Shown here: positions 36,065-52,086 of the stretch, in pieces
How positions within the stretch are numbered: position 1 is the stretch's first letter
How the letters are laid out: every line of letters begins with the position of its first letter
The notes under the pieces: generated by a model
What the model was told of the DNA's origin: nothing
Seen by the model: the letters and a program-made list of their open reading frames with translations, nothing else
The model's database searches: none
Assembly (NCBI GenBank): GCA_000182565.2
Contig: KQ257460.1
Direction: 5' to 3' (one strand)
Source of the DNA: Spizellomyces punctatus DAOM BR117
Taxonomy: Eukaryota
Length of the DNA: 64,000 bases
Made by a program: the position numbers and the translations under genes

Positions 36065-37359
36065 TGCCGCCAAATACAACCTTTCACTATAAAATGTCTC
36101 TATAAGAATAATTTCAGAGAAAAGAGATAAAACTGTAGATTCCAAACCTCAGGCCGTCTCCCATCACCGGTTTCTGAGACACCCTAGTATTGGGAGGACA
36201 CAGCATACTGCTGCCAATTACCAGTTATATGCACTGAGAATTATGTGAACCGGCTGCGATGGTAGGATGGCGATGTCACCCATAGTTTGAGATACATAGC
36301 ATCAATAAACTTGATCCTTTCAAGTTCTGAATATTCTCATGCTAGGTAAGATCAAAGTAAAAATAAATGGGAGACAGTAAGTGGCACAGTAATCGACAAG
36401 TTTTACTTAGTGTAGAGGTGACAGAAACTGGCACTAGCTACTACACCAGGGAGTGAACCAGCGTAAACTGGCTCGGAAAAGCTAACTAACTAACTACTAG
36501 GCAATTATACACGCAATACGTAACGGTTGTTCTAACCGGATAATTGCCCACCACCACACACGGTCCCTACTAGGCCTTGATCCAGAACTCTTGATGGCAT
36601 TGAAGCCAGACTCTTGCATCCAGGAGCGAATCGACTGGGCAGCATCACAAGCTGGTGGATTTTCAGTGACAAAGGCTTGGAGACTAAAAAAACTGCATGT
36701 CAGCGAGGTGACCCGATGACAAGAAATGCAAGAAATGCCATCGATACATACCAACCAAGCTCAACTAATGTGGCAGTATAATAGTAGGTTTTGTTATCGG
36801 ATCCGATTGGTTGCCGCTGGTTCTGATCACGGTTGCTGTCGGGCGGTCGAGGTCCTCGACACCACCACATCGGCGTTCTCATGGTTGACCGAGTCGCGAT
36901 GAGGTTGTGTGGGTCGCAATGAGCGTTGCGCAGATGCTTCGACTCGAGGATGGGTAAAGAGGAAAGAGGGAAAAGGTCCCCCTTTTATAGACCTTTGGCA
37001 TGCGCCTCACCGCAGTTTAAAAAAAAAACATTACAATACATGCCACACCAATCTGAGCGATAGAGGGGGGTTCTGATTATGCGATATGATTAACCGGATT
37101 AATCCGGATAATAATGGGTCCTAGTGCCATTTTCAATCGCCTCCACACTATGCTAACGGAAAGGATATTAGTTATTGCATCGAGAGTTATAATAACAAAG
37201 TGAAAGCAACCGAGGAGGTTGCCTTGGATCCAGGCAGTAGTCAAGTTGATAAAGTTGAATCCGTGGTTAGTAGATGATATTGACGATAATCGGTCGCCTT
37301 CACAATCGCGAGCTTGATACACTGTATCGTGTAAGCGCTGCAAGAGTAAACCAGTGCGT

Positions 37360-38250
37360 CTTAAGTAGAGTAGGCGAGGCGGTGAATGGAGTATAATGGA
37401 CGCATAAAAGTGGTCCTCCTTGGGAAATGATTCGGAAATAATTCATAAGACTTTCGATCGGTAGATGAAGTATGATAGATTTGCTTCACAAAATTACAAA
37501 GTTGCTGATTCAACCCCACCTGGTTTCCCTGCGAATCGCTGGCTATAGCCATCCCCGCGGGATCGTCCTGATGTAGCTCTGTTGCAGCGCCTATGTAAAA
37601 CAACAGCTGTTTTGATCTCTCTCAGCAACTACGGATGCTCTGGTTAGCACTCTTATGGGAAATTGATGACAGCTCTCTTCATTTACTATACGCTCCGGGA
37701 AAGGACCATCACAGCGTAAAATGTTGATCAAGTTTCCTTGAAAATGAACCAACTTGGTCCGTTTGGTTATGACACTTGTGGTCAAAGGGGGACATTGCGT
37801 GTATCCCAAGATGCCAATGTCGCTTGGAATCTTGTCAAGCTTTGTTGGAAGAAAGTTTCGCTGAAAAAAAAGGATTACGAGTGCGAGGCACAAGCGTAGG
37901 AGGTATCAGTTCCCTGAGAGGATCCTGGGGAGGAACTATACAGTTTCGGCACATAAAAGCACCGTTGCGCCTGCAGCCCATGTCTTCTTGACAACAATAC
38001 ATGAGGGACGAATGAAGCTGCCAGGTTTTCAAATAGCCAACTTCTTGAAAAGCAGAGTACATCAATACACAAATAGGCCATCAATGAACTGTCTCTAACC
38101 GAGATCTCGAGGCGAGATGATCTCTGGCAAATTCCAAGCGTACTTCTCCGCAGGTATGGTCCAAGGCAATAAGGCAATCGCAACCCAGCCAGTTTCTTTA
38201 TTACTAGTAGAGGGAGAAAACGTTTATTCGAGACAGAAAACTTCAGCAAA
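37360..38250 (-). pseudogene. Possible relic of an SF1 (DNA2/NAM7/UPF1-like, AAA_12) helicase C-terminal domain
   Basis: Ordered fragments resembling SF1B motifs: SSLMAYL, YLKTWQLHSSL, IPSDIGILGY, VHFQGNLINIL and IRVLTRAS, spread over different frames. Confidence 0.3.
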
Positions 38251-38764
38251 ATTAATTGAAAGGAACAAAGTTCCTACTAATTGTCATGCCTCTAATTAAG
38301 CGATAAGCCGTCAAGTCGTGCGCAGCAACGATCTCAAAAGTTGGCGGGCCCGACTCAACAGCAACAAGAATTAACTTAATTTAGGGACAATCCCTCCTTA
38401 TCGACGATAGGCGATTAAAGGTCTACGATATGTAAAAAAAAATCGCCAGTATGAAACAGTTGAATGGCATCCTCCTGTCACCTCACTGCCTGATGAACAG
38501 TGATGAGGCCTTGTATTTACCGTAAGATGGTTTGAGCCTGATTTTATATTGACAATCGCTTTCACTACCAGCATTAAACAATATCCCCAAATGTTATGTA
38601 ACTGTATGGATGAGGTCCCTTGAGGTACCCTAACTTGAGGGTTGGCTGACGTACAACTCACAGTAATCGCGTCGGGGACCCCCGAGAAATCAAACGAGGA
38701 TCTCGCAAGCGCTGAATGGCGACTATGGATGATCGTCAACCCTCCCGGACGCAAAATAGAGTAG

Positions 38765-40295
38765 ATGAAAACAAAGAAGGTCATCATTCTGCAGGTGCTG
38801 CTCGTCACGATTTTTGTTGGCACCTACATTGCAGGCTCTAGAACAACAACAAGTACATTAACTGTGTTGCGCGTGCCGCGCTCGGTTGAAGTTGAATCGC
38901 GACAAGACAGCGTGCCAGTAAGTTCGATCGTAGCCAGATACTGCTCGCAACCTGAGCGTCTCTTGAGTGCCGTATTCTAACTTTAATATCCGTGATTCTG
39001 GATAATCTTGAAAGCAAAGCAAGCCAAGGATTCTTAATAATGCTACTAATGGCCAGGAATCTAAAAAGTGGGCACCATATGTATATTCAAGCTGCGATTC
39101 AACATGGATGCCCGCGCATTTTGCGCCGTGTATCAAGGAGAGAATGAACCAGGGATCCTCATGCAGCCTTAATCCGACGGCACCGTGCATCGCGGAAGCT
39201 GAAGAGCTTATTTTTCCAGATTTTGAGATCCGCGAACCCGGCTTCCACAATGCCACATACCGTAACTACTGGGTGTCATCAGTCACGGACCCTCGTAGAG
39301 ACTTTCATGGCCGGATGCACTGGGTTCACAATGGCTGGGCGCGATATTCCGGGCAGTTTGGGCAGAATTTCATTTTGACAAACGCTGGTTACGAAGCGAC
39401 TCCATTGGCAGATTCATGGTCAGCAGGCGCATGCATGGCATGGGACACGGATTTTTCAGCGATGCTTCGTCCAGTTGCCAATGGAGCAGCCAAGAAGGTC
39501 CGCAAGGCGTTGTTCGCAGCATCCCCCGACTCGTGGAGCTTTCAGCATTTTCTAGATCGTACCACCCACCTTGCCATTCAAGCGGGCGAGCACATAGATA
39601 CAGATACCTACGTTGTGTCCGGGGCTAAGCAGCGACAAGAACCAGTAAAGGAGATGTGGAACCTAGCATTTGGTGTTAAAGCAGACCACCTAGTCTCCTC
39701 ACCAATAACTGCCGAAACGCTTATCTTTCCATGCCGGAGCGTTTTGATACACCCTTACTTCCAGATCCGATTTGCAGAACTCATGGGTGTAGCTCGCACC
39801 CGTCCAATGTCCGAACGGAAGGTTGTACTTTACCTCTCCCGAAATCAGGATAATACGCTTAACGGAGGTCGACGAATTGTAAACGAGGATGCCCTTCTGA
39901 GCGCCGTAACGAAGCTGGTGGAGGAGCGACAGCAGGGAGAGGAACTCGTCATTTACGATCACCGCAAATTTTCGACGATGCAGGAGGTGGTCTCGTTTTG
40001 GTCATCTGTTCGAGCAGTTTTCGGGCCTCATGGGAGCGCATTCCATAACCATTGGTTTGCGCCCAAGAATACGATGCTCATAGAATTTGTTCCTCGAGAT
40101 CGATTCCAAATCTTGTGGTGGGAGCAGTCAGCATTACTGGGGCAGACCTACTGGCCGTTTGCTTTGGCATCAGAGAATGCTCAGCATGATATGAAAGTAC
40201 CGGTGGACGCCGTCGTTTCTATTTTACGAGAGAATCTTGGGAAAATTCCGGAGCCTGTGCTTAGAAAGTATTACCCTTGGGACACTGGATACTAG
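38765..40295 (+). CDS. Type II membrane glycosyltransferase, family GT61 (DUF563)
   Basis: Signal anchor in exon 1 and an in-phase intron at 38918-39014. Motifs FQHFLD, VLYLSR, RRIVNE, FGPHGSAFHN and LIEFVP. Confidence 0.85.
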
Positions 40296-41050
40296 ATACC
40301 CCGCACTTTATGCTCTACCATGTTTCATTTCCACTTTATCGTTTGACATTTTCACCGTCAGCAGCCTCTGAAGGAATAATTTAAGATATCGGAGAATATA
40401 TCTTTCGAGCCGACTATATAAGAAACGGGGGTATTGTAAGCAATAGAGTAGCCTTGATGCTACAATATAGATTTTTTTCAATTTGAACATAATTCCTTTT
40501 TCCGAAAGGTGCCTGACTGCAGAAATCAACTTTGATAAAGTGAATAAGCGATGAAGGCTTGTAGGCCATTGTCTCCCATTAACAATGGCCAGTCATGGAC
40601 AAAAAGTAGCAGTGAAACGAGAGGCAACCCTACAAAACGTGTACAGACAGTGATCATTTCACTTACTAAAACCATCGCAAATGCCTCGGAGTGCCTCATT
40701 GTAATCCAGACTCCAGCTCGATCATTCCAGCTCATCTCACTTCAATATGAAGGAAAATCATGTCCTCAAGTCTCTCTTCCGTGTCCCTGTTTGTTCATCG
40801 ACGGGCATACGGTGCGGAATACCAAAGGACCAACTGACAAGGTATGCAAACGAATTGCAAGTTAAATGAGGATCACTGTCTGTATTCTAGACCCGCCCGG
40901 TATACTCCACCCTCACCGGCGGCTATGAAACGATTGTGCGGACCCATTGGGCCTTCCGTGTCGTGCTCAACACAATAACTATATATTACCGTTTGGTACA
41001 ACAGCCGCAAGACTTTTGCACCACCAGCCCCCTATGGTATTTTACATGGT

Positions 41051-43080
<2,030 letters not shown>

Positions 43081-43340
43081 GATGCAAAAATGGGGATGAA
43101 GGGGGATGAAGGATGCGGGCGAGCGACGAGAAAAACGAGAAGTCGTTTGTCCACGGGAAATTCAATACAAGGAAATGGTTGCTAGGGGATAAAAAATACG
43201 GCGGCGACAAACCCATAAAATGCATTTCAAACCCATCTAAGGTGGCGGGTTCGAATGTGATCGCCACACATTACATAAGCACGTCGGTGTTTTGCGCTTC
43301 ACCTCCATCAACTATTTGACTAGCCTTTGAGTACAGACAT

Positions 43341-45410
43341 CTAACTAATGGCTGCCCGTTCTCGGGAATTTACAGCCTTTTGTAGGTGATCTCTATTCGA
43401 CGAAATAGAACCTGTGAGACCACGCTGCTTGCCGTGCGAGGAACTCGGATCTAGTATGGCCAAAGAAGACCGTAGATCTGCTGGTAGGCCACAGGTGGGT
43501 GGAGCTTGTGCTGCACATCTTCTGTGGTAGACGGCAGAGCAATCTGAAAAATCATGAGCGGTCAATCATTCTTATAATTCAAAAGGGGCGACGGCCATGT
43601 CTCACCATCGCACGAGAGATGCTTATGGCCGAGGCCAACACGCTTGCCGCACCTATTAGAAAACGCTAAGCCGACCAAACTCCATTTTGAGCGGGATTCA
43701 GGAGCAGCTTACGCTTGACACTTATTTAGGGTTGGAGTCGCGAAGAGAGAAAATCGGTGGGGCACAAAATGGCCAATTCGCCGAATCGGACTTGACCCTG
43801 AAGTGAGCTGTCCCGGTGACGCAGATGCGGGGGTTTCAACGCATTCGTCAGTTAGAAGAGACTGGGAGGGTGATTTGTTTGATGACGAGGAAATGGCACT
43901 AGATGGAGGTGTCTCTATTCTTAGATCGGTTTGGGATGCAGTGTGAGACCGTGGTCGTGCGACTACAATGAGATATCATTAAAGGTTAGTGCTTAGACAG
44001 CTGTTGTCGTATGCTGGCAATACCCACGTGATATGGAAGATGATGAAGAGTCTCCATCTGCACTATCGATGCTGGTTGAGGATCCGTAATGTCGCATGCT
44101 GTTGATCAGCGGTAGCTCTGGGGCCAGTATTCCTAGATTTACAGGTTCCTCTTTGGCGAGATCCACTTCAAGCTTTCTCAGTTGTTGTAGTACCTCCTTA
44201 AGTTGTGGTCTCTTGGTCGCGTCGGCATCGGTACATGAGAGAGCTATTTTCAATAGTTCTGGCGGACAACCTGCATCCGGCACCACGGTTGCAGGATCGA
44301 TTCCAAAGTATGGAATTTCTCTACGAAAGTGTTCCTGGTCGGCTACCGACCATGTCACTATTTCGCATAGAATAACCCCGAAGGAAAAAACGTCGACACG
44401 TTCGTCAAAGTCCATTCCCAGCATGATCTCTGGTGCCATATATCCATCGGTCCCGCAAAATGACATCCTTTTGAGTTCCTCGGCTGTTTTGGCTGTTTCT
44501 CTATGCTTCCCGAAGACTGGTTGACACAAGTACCGGCAATGAACATTTATTTTCACCTACCTTGACAACCCAAAATCGCAAAGCTTCAAACGGCAGTTTT
44601 CAGTGACCAGTAAATTTTCAGATTTAAGATCCCTATCAGACAATGTCATTCTCTTAGGCATTTCGGATTCCAGTCGACAATCCGCTGATGTCGCCTAGCT
44701 TACCTATGAATGATACTGTGTGCATGCAAGTACACTAGAGCACGAGCAATGCTGTTCACGCAAATGAGCACTTTTCAACTTGATTTAGAGATTTAACAGT
44801 CAGTACCCACTCCGTTGCAAAACTAACTCGGAGACGCCATGACGCCGGCTTGGTGGCATTTTGAATCCATTTCTTTAAGTTCCCGCCGCTGACATACTCT
44901 GTAATGAGATAAACCTTCAATTGAGAAATCAGTAAAACTGACCGGGTAGCGCTAACAAAAAAGCGGATTACCTTGTTCTCATGGACACAACTTCCCATAA
45001 ACTGAGCAATGTTGGGATGTCGTGAGGCACTAGAATGGGGAAGGCATATCATGAGCCAGCGCTTTATCTTCCTTTGAAAAGTCCTCAATGTACCTCAAAA
45101 TCTCCAGTTCTCTCCCCACGTATTTCTGCAGATTAAAGTCTGGTTGATCGGCAATGTCAAGGAATTCTTTGATGGCAACGTCGGTGCCCTACAGGTAGAT
45201 CGATATATGACATGTCAGTGCATATGCACCAGAGCGATATAAATGAAACCTGGCATTACCAGATAATCTGCCCTGGAAATCAACACTCTCAGCATCAGCT
45301 TCTCATGCGTCGTGGAGAGCAGCCAGTGAAAGGACATACCTCCTTACAACTCCAAAGTTGCCCGCCGCGATATCTTCTTCTATTATCAAATCTGACCATG
45401 CAATGCTCAT
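43341..45410 (-). CDS. TKL-group (LISK/LIMK-TESK-like) protein kinase with a C-terminal C1 zinc-binding domain, multi-exon
   Basis: [48 protein letters not shown] and DVFSFG. The C-terminal exons encode [47 protein letters not shown]. Confidence 0.9.
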
Positions 45411-46355
45411 AGCTAAAAAGGGTTCTCGTTTGCACAACCGCTGTCGATGGTTGAGAAATCCTAGCGATTTGCTACCCGTGACACGAAATCAGTCCTGTCG
45501 CTGCTATAAATAGCGACAATCGCCCTCCGTGATGTGCCGTATAGTGGACAATGCGACCAACGAAGAAAGATAAAAAGACCCTCAACGGGTAGGATACAGG
45601 GTTGCTTCTGGAGAATGGTCACATTTGCCCATCCTTGGTATTTTTCATAGATTACGACGGTGATTTTATGGAAAATGTGAACGAAATCGGTGGGAAAAAG
45701 AGTTAAACCTTGGCGAGAAATCAGAACCCCGGAAAAATCTCCCAGCTAGGACTCCTTTGTAAAGGGCGGGGATGCGCTCAAAGCGTTCATTTCGATCGAG
45801 GCCGTTGAAATTCGGTCAGATGGAACGTTTACAATTGGCCGTCCATTTGATGGATGCAGTTCAGAGACTAAATGGCAGTGGGTTCAATGAGTAGATGCTC
45901 ATTGAGCTTAAGAAAGAGTCCGGCCCAACCTGAGAGGGTGCGTTTGCTCCATTGCATCAGTGCCTCTTACGGCATCGTCGTCAGTGCATCAACTTGCGAT
46001 AGGAATAGCAGCAGACAGATGCTTTTCTGTTCAACCTAGTCACCTTTGTCTGTAAAAAGACCAGCCTCGAACGACATTGGCTGTCGTGGTTGGTTGACAA
46101 TTCGCCTCACCCAGTCTTTGGACGATATTGCACAGATCTACATCAATTTACCTGCTGACCGACATGTTGCCCTCTGGCATTTAGTTGCAGCGTGGTTAAG
46201 CAGCTCATGGTCGCCCTATGAAATCCCGCCATCGCTTCCCTCTTCCTCAAGCGTGGGCATACAAATGCTAAATCTTCCAGTCATGGTGTCTGCGGTTAAT
46301 CTACTAAAAATAATGAATTGTGCTCATTCTATACAATGTTCAAAAATCAAACTCT

Positions 46356-49300
46356 TTACGCCCTCGTTTCCTCCACCCATACTCTAGCGTTCATAAACAT
46401 TCTCATCCATCCTCCCCACTCTCCTTCAGCCCATCCGGTTGCCCGCCCATCCACATCAATCCCCCATGTGTTGGCCCACGCCCGAACTACACGCTCAGGG
46501 TGCGGCATCAGTGCCAAGACCCGACCGTCCCTGCTGCTAACCCCAGTGATACCGCCATCACTTCCGTTGGGATTGAATGGGTACCGCTCACGACCGGCTG
46601 GTGCCCCGTAGTTATCTATGAACCGCAGGGCAACTGTGCCGTCCACAATGGCCGCCTCGGTTTGCTTAGCACCCCCCGGATATTCTGCGCGCCCCTCCCC
46701 GTGGGCGACTGCGATTGGTATCCGTGACCCTACCATTCCCTTCAAAAAGATGCTCGCGGTCGGCAGGACTTCAACCATAGCCACACGGGCTTCGAATTGC
46801 TCGCTTCGGTTCCTCATGAAAGCTGGCCAGTGTCCTGTACCAGGAATCAGCGATTTCAAACCAGATAGCATTTGGCAGCCGTTGCAGATGCCCAATGAAA
46901 AGGTATTTTCTCGCTCGAAGAAATGAGCAAACATGCTTCGGGCGCGCGAATTCAACAGAATGCTCTTGGCCCATCCAGCACCAGCGCCTAACACGTCCCC
47001 GTAACTAAATCCTCCGGGACACCCCAGCCCGACAAAACCGTCAAGATTTACCCTGCCGCTCAGGATGTCGGTCATGTGGACATCTACAGCTTGGAATCCA
47101 GCCTTATAAAAGGCAAATGCCATTTCGCCATAACTGTTGACTCCTTGCTCACGCAACACAGCAACACGGGGAATGTTGTTCGAAGGAGTTTTCAAGATAA
47201 TATTCTGTGTTATATCTTCTTGTGGGTTATAGCTCAATTTTGCCCGTAACCCAGGATCGTGGACATCCAACAGAGAATCATATTCCGCCTGGGCACACTC
47301 CGGATTGTCACGAAGTGCCTGCATTCGATACGACGTCTCGGCCCATCTCCTGTGGTAGACAAGTCGTGAACCCACTAGTCGTACCGAGGCTCCCCATGAA
47401 AAGGTAATTGCATCTGATCCAGTCTGTCCAACAACTCCGATACTGTGAAGGTGCACCGATGGATACCCGGCCTCCTTGAAGACTCGGCGTACCTGGTCAA
47501 CCTGCGAAGTTCGCACCTGAATGACTGCACCAAGCTCCTCATTGAACAGAGCTGCGGTCGGATCAGATCCTCCTAGCGGGGAAAGGTCGATACTACAGCC
47601 CACGTGCCCGGCAAAGCACATTTCCACAATAGTAGTGAATAAACCACCATCCGACCTGTCGTGGTACGCTAACACTAGTCCTTGCTTGCGGGCTATCTGC
47701 ATCGCATCCCAGAACGCTTTGAGGGCTTGAGGACTTTCAACATCCGGCGCTTCTGTCCCCAGTTCATTATAAACTTGAGCCAAACAGCTTCCGCCAAGCC
47801 GCTGTTTTCCGCAAGCAAGATCGATCAGCATCAAGGTGGTCTCTTCCTCTCCAGTACGAAGCTGTGGAGTGAGAGTCTGTCGCACATCCGTGACTGGACC
47901 ATATGCGGTGATGATCAAACTCAACGGCGCTGTAACAGCTTTCTCCTCTCCTTCTGGACTGCGCCATTTTGTCTTCATGGACATGGAATCTTTACCAACC
48001 GGAATGGTCAGACCCAATTTTGGACACAGGTCGAGGCCAACGGCTTGGACAGCATCATACAACGCAGAACCTTCTCCCGGATGGTCCGCAGCGGACATCC
48101 AGTTAGCACTCAGACGTACCGTTCCCAGCTCCTCGACGTTAGCTGCCACCAAATTAGTGAGCGCCTCTGCGACAGCCATCCGCGCTGACGCTGCGGCGTT
48201 TACTAACGCCAGAGGTGTTCGTTCTCCCAGTGCCATCGCCTGGCCCGTATACCCTTCGTAACTCGAGAACGTAATCGATACATCTGCTACAGGCACTTGC
48301 CAGGGGCCTACCATTTGGTCTCGAGCAACAAGGCCAGTCACCGTTCGATCGCCAATTGTGATTAGGAATGACTTGGATGCAACAGCCGGAAGCCGGAGTA
48401 TGCGTTCTGCAGCGTCTTGAATGTCGGCGCCTAGCGGCATTTTGAATGGTGGTCGCTCTGGCGAGAGCGTGGTCGCAGTCCGATGCATTTTGGGTGGCTT
48501 ACCAAAGAGTGTCGACATTGGCAGATCAATGGGTGTGGTGCCAAGGAGAGAGTCCTCCAATTTCAGTCGCTTCTCAGCAGTAGCGACCCCTACGACGGCG
48601 AATGGGCATCTTTCACGTTCGCAGATAGCTTTGAAGAGTTCCAGATGCTCAGGTTGGACAGCAAGTACGTAGCGTTCTTGCGATTCATTGCACCATATTT
48701 CCATAGGGCTCATACGCGGATCATCGCATGGCACATCACGCAGCTGAAATACAGCGCCAAGATCAGAATCATGAACAATTTCTGGAAGAGCATTCGATAG
48801 GCCCCCCGCGCCAACGTCATGAACAGCCACAAGTGGGTTGTCGTCGCCATAAGAAGTACACGTGTCAATGACTTGCTGTGCTCTCCTCTGCATTTCTGGA
48901 TTCTCACGCTGCACCGAAGCGAAGTCAAGTTCAGCCGAACTTTGCCCTTGACTCATTGATGAAGCCGCTCCACCACCCAATCCAATCAGCATTGATGGCC
49001 CTCCCAAGACGATCAGCTTTGCCCCCGGTTCGATGTGCTTTTTGAAAACATGCATGGGCCTCACGGTGCCCATACCGCCGGCAATCATGATAGGTTTGTG
49101 ATAACCACGCACTTCTGAACTACTATCCGTGGCAATACGATCTTCGTACGTACGGAAATAGCCCGCCAAATTCGGCCTGCCAAATTCATTGTTGAACGCT
49201 GCACCGCCAAGGGGAGCTTGAATCATGATTTCCAAGGGTGACGCCACGTGCCCCGGTCGACCGACGTCTTCCCTGGCCTCCCACGGTTGAACAAAGCCCG

Positions 49301-50459
49301 GCACGCGAAGGTTTGAAACGGTAAAACCAGTCAAACCTGCCTTGGACTTTGATCCTTGACCCACCGCCCCTTCATCACGTATCTCTCCACCTGAGCCCGT
49401 TGATGCGCCAGGAAACGGAGACACGGCTGTTGGGTGGTTGTGCGTTTCAACTTTCGCAAGCGTATGAAGCTTCTCGATGTTGACATTGTAGATATGTTGG
49501 TTTGCAGGATCAGCGGAGAATCGAATCCCCTCCGGCCCTTCTAATACCGCAGCATTGTCGGAGTATGCGGAGAGGATGTGCTCGGGGTGAAGTTTGTATG
49601 TATTCCTGATCATGTCAAACAATGAATGATCGCGATTTTCCCCATCGATAGTCCAGGAAGCGCGGAAGATCTTGTGTCTACAGTGTTCCGAGTTCACTTG
49701 GGCAAACATCATGAGCTCAACATCTGTGGGATTCCGAGGTTTCTCTCCTGCTGGAGGGTGCAAGAAAGCTTCAACCAAATAATCAATCTCGTCTTCTGCC
49801 AATGCCAGGCCCCATGCCCGGTTCGCTTCAGCTAAAACTGCTCGTGGATTGCCCCCTGACTTGACAGCGCCAAGAAGATCGACGGATTTTAAAGGCGCGG
49901 GATCTCCAGTATTAAAGACTGCTCCTTCCGCAGGAATGGTACGAAGAACGACTTGAGTCATACGATCGTGTAACTGGTCGGCAAACGAGCTTAAATCGGC
50001 ATCCGAGACTGATTTCCCGCCATCGGTATGCACAAAGAAAGCGATACCGCGTTCGATTCTCTTCACATACTGTCCTAATCCACAAGTGCGAGCAATATCA
50101 GTAGCCTTCGATGACCACGGGGAAATGGTTCCGGGTCGCGGTAAAACGAGAAAGAGCTGGCGGGCGTCTTTTCCATCTGCAGGCAAGCGGCTTCCAGTGG
50201 CCAGAGCGTGCCGCCAAGTCTGCTCTTCTTTGGTAAAAGTGTTTGCTTCCACAGAGCCGTATCGTAGGAGTGCGTTCAGAGTAGCTGTGACTGTTTCCAC
50301 CTTCTCGTGCGACAAAGACGAGAAGGCATCCGAGGTGCGAACAAAGTGGACGTAGAACGCTCGTATGTCGGCTATGGCATTGCATCGAGTCTTCACATCC
50401 AGCAGCAGCTTCTCTGTCCTAAATGCGGACAGAGCGACCGAGCCTGGAAGGACGAGCAT
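46356..50459 (-). CDS. ADE6: Phosphoribosylformylglycinamidine synthase (large PurL type), intronless
   Basis: [43 protein letters not shown] and MPHPER. The ATG at 50459 gives MLVLPG. Confidence 0.98.
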   Translation of the reverse strand: MLVLPGSVALSAFRTEKLLLDVKTRCNAIADIRAFYVHFVRTSDAFSSLSHEKVETVTATLNALLRYGSVEANTFTKEEQTWRHALATGSRLPADGKDARQLFLVLPRPGTISPWSSKATDIARTCGLGQYVKRIERGIAFFVHTDGGKSVSDADLSSFADQLHDRMTQVVLRTIPAEGAVFNTGDPAPLKSVDLLGAVKSGGNPRAVLAEANRAWGLALAEDEIDYLVEAFLHPPAGEKPRNPTDVELMMFAQVNSEHCRHKIFRASWTIDGENRDHSLFDMIRNTYKLHPEHILSAYSDNAAVLEGPEGIRFSADPANQHIYNVNIEKLHTLAKVETHNHPTAVSPFPGASTGSGGEIRDEGAVGQGSKSKAGLTGFTVSNLRVPGFVQPWEAREDVGRPGHVASPLEIMIQAPLGGAAFNNEFGRPNLAGYFRTYEDRIATDSSSEVRGYHKPIMIAGGMGTVRPMHVFKKHIEPGAKLIVLGGPSMLIGLGGGAASSMSQGQSSAELDFASVQRENPEMQRRAQQVIDTCTSYGDDNPLVAVHDVGAGGLSNALPEIVHDSDLGAVFQLRDVPCDDPRMSPMEIWCNESQERYVLAVQPEHLELFKAICERERCPFAVVGVATAEKRLKLEDSLLGTTPIDLPMSTLFGKPPKMHRTATTLSPERPPFKMPLGADIQDAAERILRLPAVASKSFLITIGDRTVTGLVARDQMVGPWQVPVADVSITFSSYEGYTGQAMALGERTPLALVNAAASARMAVAEALTNLVAANVEELGTVRLSANWMSAADHPGEGSALYDAVQAVGLDLCPKLGLTIPVGKDSMSMKTKWRSPEGEEKAVTAPLSLIITAYGPVTDVRQTLTPQLRTGEEETTLMLIDLACGKQRLGGSCLAQVYNELGTEAPDVESPQALKAFWDAMQIARKQGLVLAYHDRSDGGLFTTIVEMCFAGHVGCSIDLSPLGGSDPTAALFNEELGAVIQVRTSQVDQVRRVFKEAGYPSVHLHSIGVVGQTGSDAITFSWGASVRLVGSRLVYHRRWAETSYRMQALRDNPECAQAEYDSLLDVHDPGLRAKLSYNPQEDITQNIILKTPSNNIPRVAVLREQGVNSYGEMAFAFYKAGFQAVDVHMTDILSGRVNLDGFVGLGCPGGFSYGDVLGAGAGWAKSILLNSRARSMFAHFFERENTFSLGICNGCQMLSGLKSLIPGTGHWPAFMRNRSEQFEARVAMVEVLPTASIFLKGMVGSRIPIAVAHGEGRAEYPGGAKQTEAAIVDGTVALRFIDNYGAPAGRERYPFNPNGSDGGITGVSSRDGRVLALMPHPERVVRAWANTWGIDVDGRATGWAEGEWGGWMRMFMNARVWVEETRA

Positions 50460-50795
50460 CTTGCGTGCCAAAGTTGTGAAATGAAAAAAAAGGTGGGCAA
50501 TGGAAAAAGTCCTGTAGGCCTCCGCCGAAAGCAAAGCGAGAACGAAATTGCCATGCCAACAAGATAACTAAGAACAAACGTGATCTGAATCACGTAAGCA
50601 GTCGATCGCTCACGCGTTTGACGGTTCACCATCTCCCCCCGTGCAGCTGAGATTCCCCCCCTCGATTCTTATCTTTTGAGTCTGCGCCGACAGGATTTTT
50701 TAAAATTACTTATAGATCTTGCTTGATGCTCCGTCCGTCTTGTTGTTGTTTTCCAATTTCATCTAAAAGCCTCATACAGGTCAACATTATAAAGC

Positions 50796-52086
50796 ATGGG
50801 TGTCTCGGAAACCCGCCTTGGAGTGGGGATTCTTCTGGCCAATACATGTGCCCTACTTGTTTCTTTGTTCATTCTTTACACTGCAATTGTTCCTGCATCA
50901 CTCTTTGGATACTCCCTTCCACAATGGCACACTGACAGCTCCATTGCGAAATCCATTATACGAATCGGTTCGTCTTGCAATCTTGATGGACACATTCGGT
51001 GTATTGACGATGGCGCTTCACATAGGTTTCTATGCATACGGAAGTTTACTTCTTGCTACGGCTTTGGGCGGGTTCTTCCATTTGTTATGCAGTAGGGGCC
51101 AAACCAAGGCTTACCAACAGGGTCCCTTTTTGGTCTATGCCATTCTGTCGATTAATACGCTCCTGATTGGGTTTGCCTCATTGGCGCTGGGTATCTACGG
51201 CATTGCGGTGGCTCCAGATGTGCAAAGTTCTCCCAGTTCTACCATCCGTTCTGGTGGTACGGATAATTCTCGGAATCGCTGGATTTACGTAGTAGCGGGA
51301 ATAGCTGTGTCCCAATTGGTTGTAGGCATTGGTTATTTCGCCGCGTTTAAGCGTCGGCAGTTAACCCTGAGGAATATGCACGCAAAACTGATAGCTGAGA
51401 TGGACTTGTCCACCGAACCGGACAATCGATACGACCGCCAGTTTAAGAGGGCAAAAGCCCGCCGAGACCCCGGTGCCGTGGCCACCGTGTCCAATACCAC
51501 GTCGAATCCACACATAGACATAACGCCAACGATGGACAATACTGACACCGGTGCCCTTTCTAAAGCCGTCGATTACCCTACAATCGGATTTTCGGCCAAC
51601 GAACCTCAGTATGAGTACATTTATGTTCCAGAGGCACCATTTCCTGCAATCCAATATCCGGATGATTACGCTCCTACTACAGATGCCGCACATGGTGCAA
51701 TCCTAACGCCTCAGCCAGCCGATCCCGCCACGGGATATTTTACTGATCCCGCCCAATACCCAACCGTCGTCCCCTTCCCGGGTGAGGCACCGGCGACCAT
51801 GTCTTCTTCAATTTGCGCCAAAGAAGAAATTCACAACATGGAACTAGAGAATGAGAAAAGTACTACCTTGAATAGTACTGTCCCTAGCCTCCAATACTCG
51901 TCATATACGAGGCTTGACGAAGATAGCTATTCCATCAAGGACCACCGGCTCTACATTGTCAATAGGGCCCCAAGAGATGATTATGAGTACGACTATCCCT
52001 TAACACTGGAGGCCTACGAGGGTGACGATGGAACGTCTAGCGTGATGGCTGACACAGGATCTTGGCTCGGCTCAATCCGTCGATAA
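50796..52086 (+). CDS. Multi-TM membrane protein with a long Pro/Tyr-rich cytoplasmic tail; apparent frameshift near 50930
   Basis: The ATG at 50796 encodes TM1 in one frame. The further TMs and tail lie in the frame of ORF 50800-52086, whose first ATG is only at about 50986. Confidence 0.6.

Noticed and set aside
36497-36882. Small two-exon minus-strand gene candidate with an upstream TATA-like element
   Set aside because: Plausible splice sites, but no recognisable domain; too weak to call.
1-38400. Giant transposon (Starship-like) carrying the module
   Set aside because: No tyrosine recombinase, transposase or terminal repeats were recognisable in the window.
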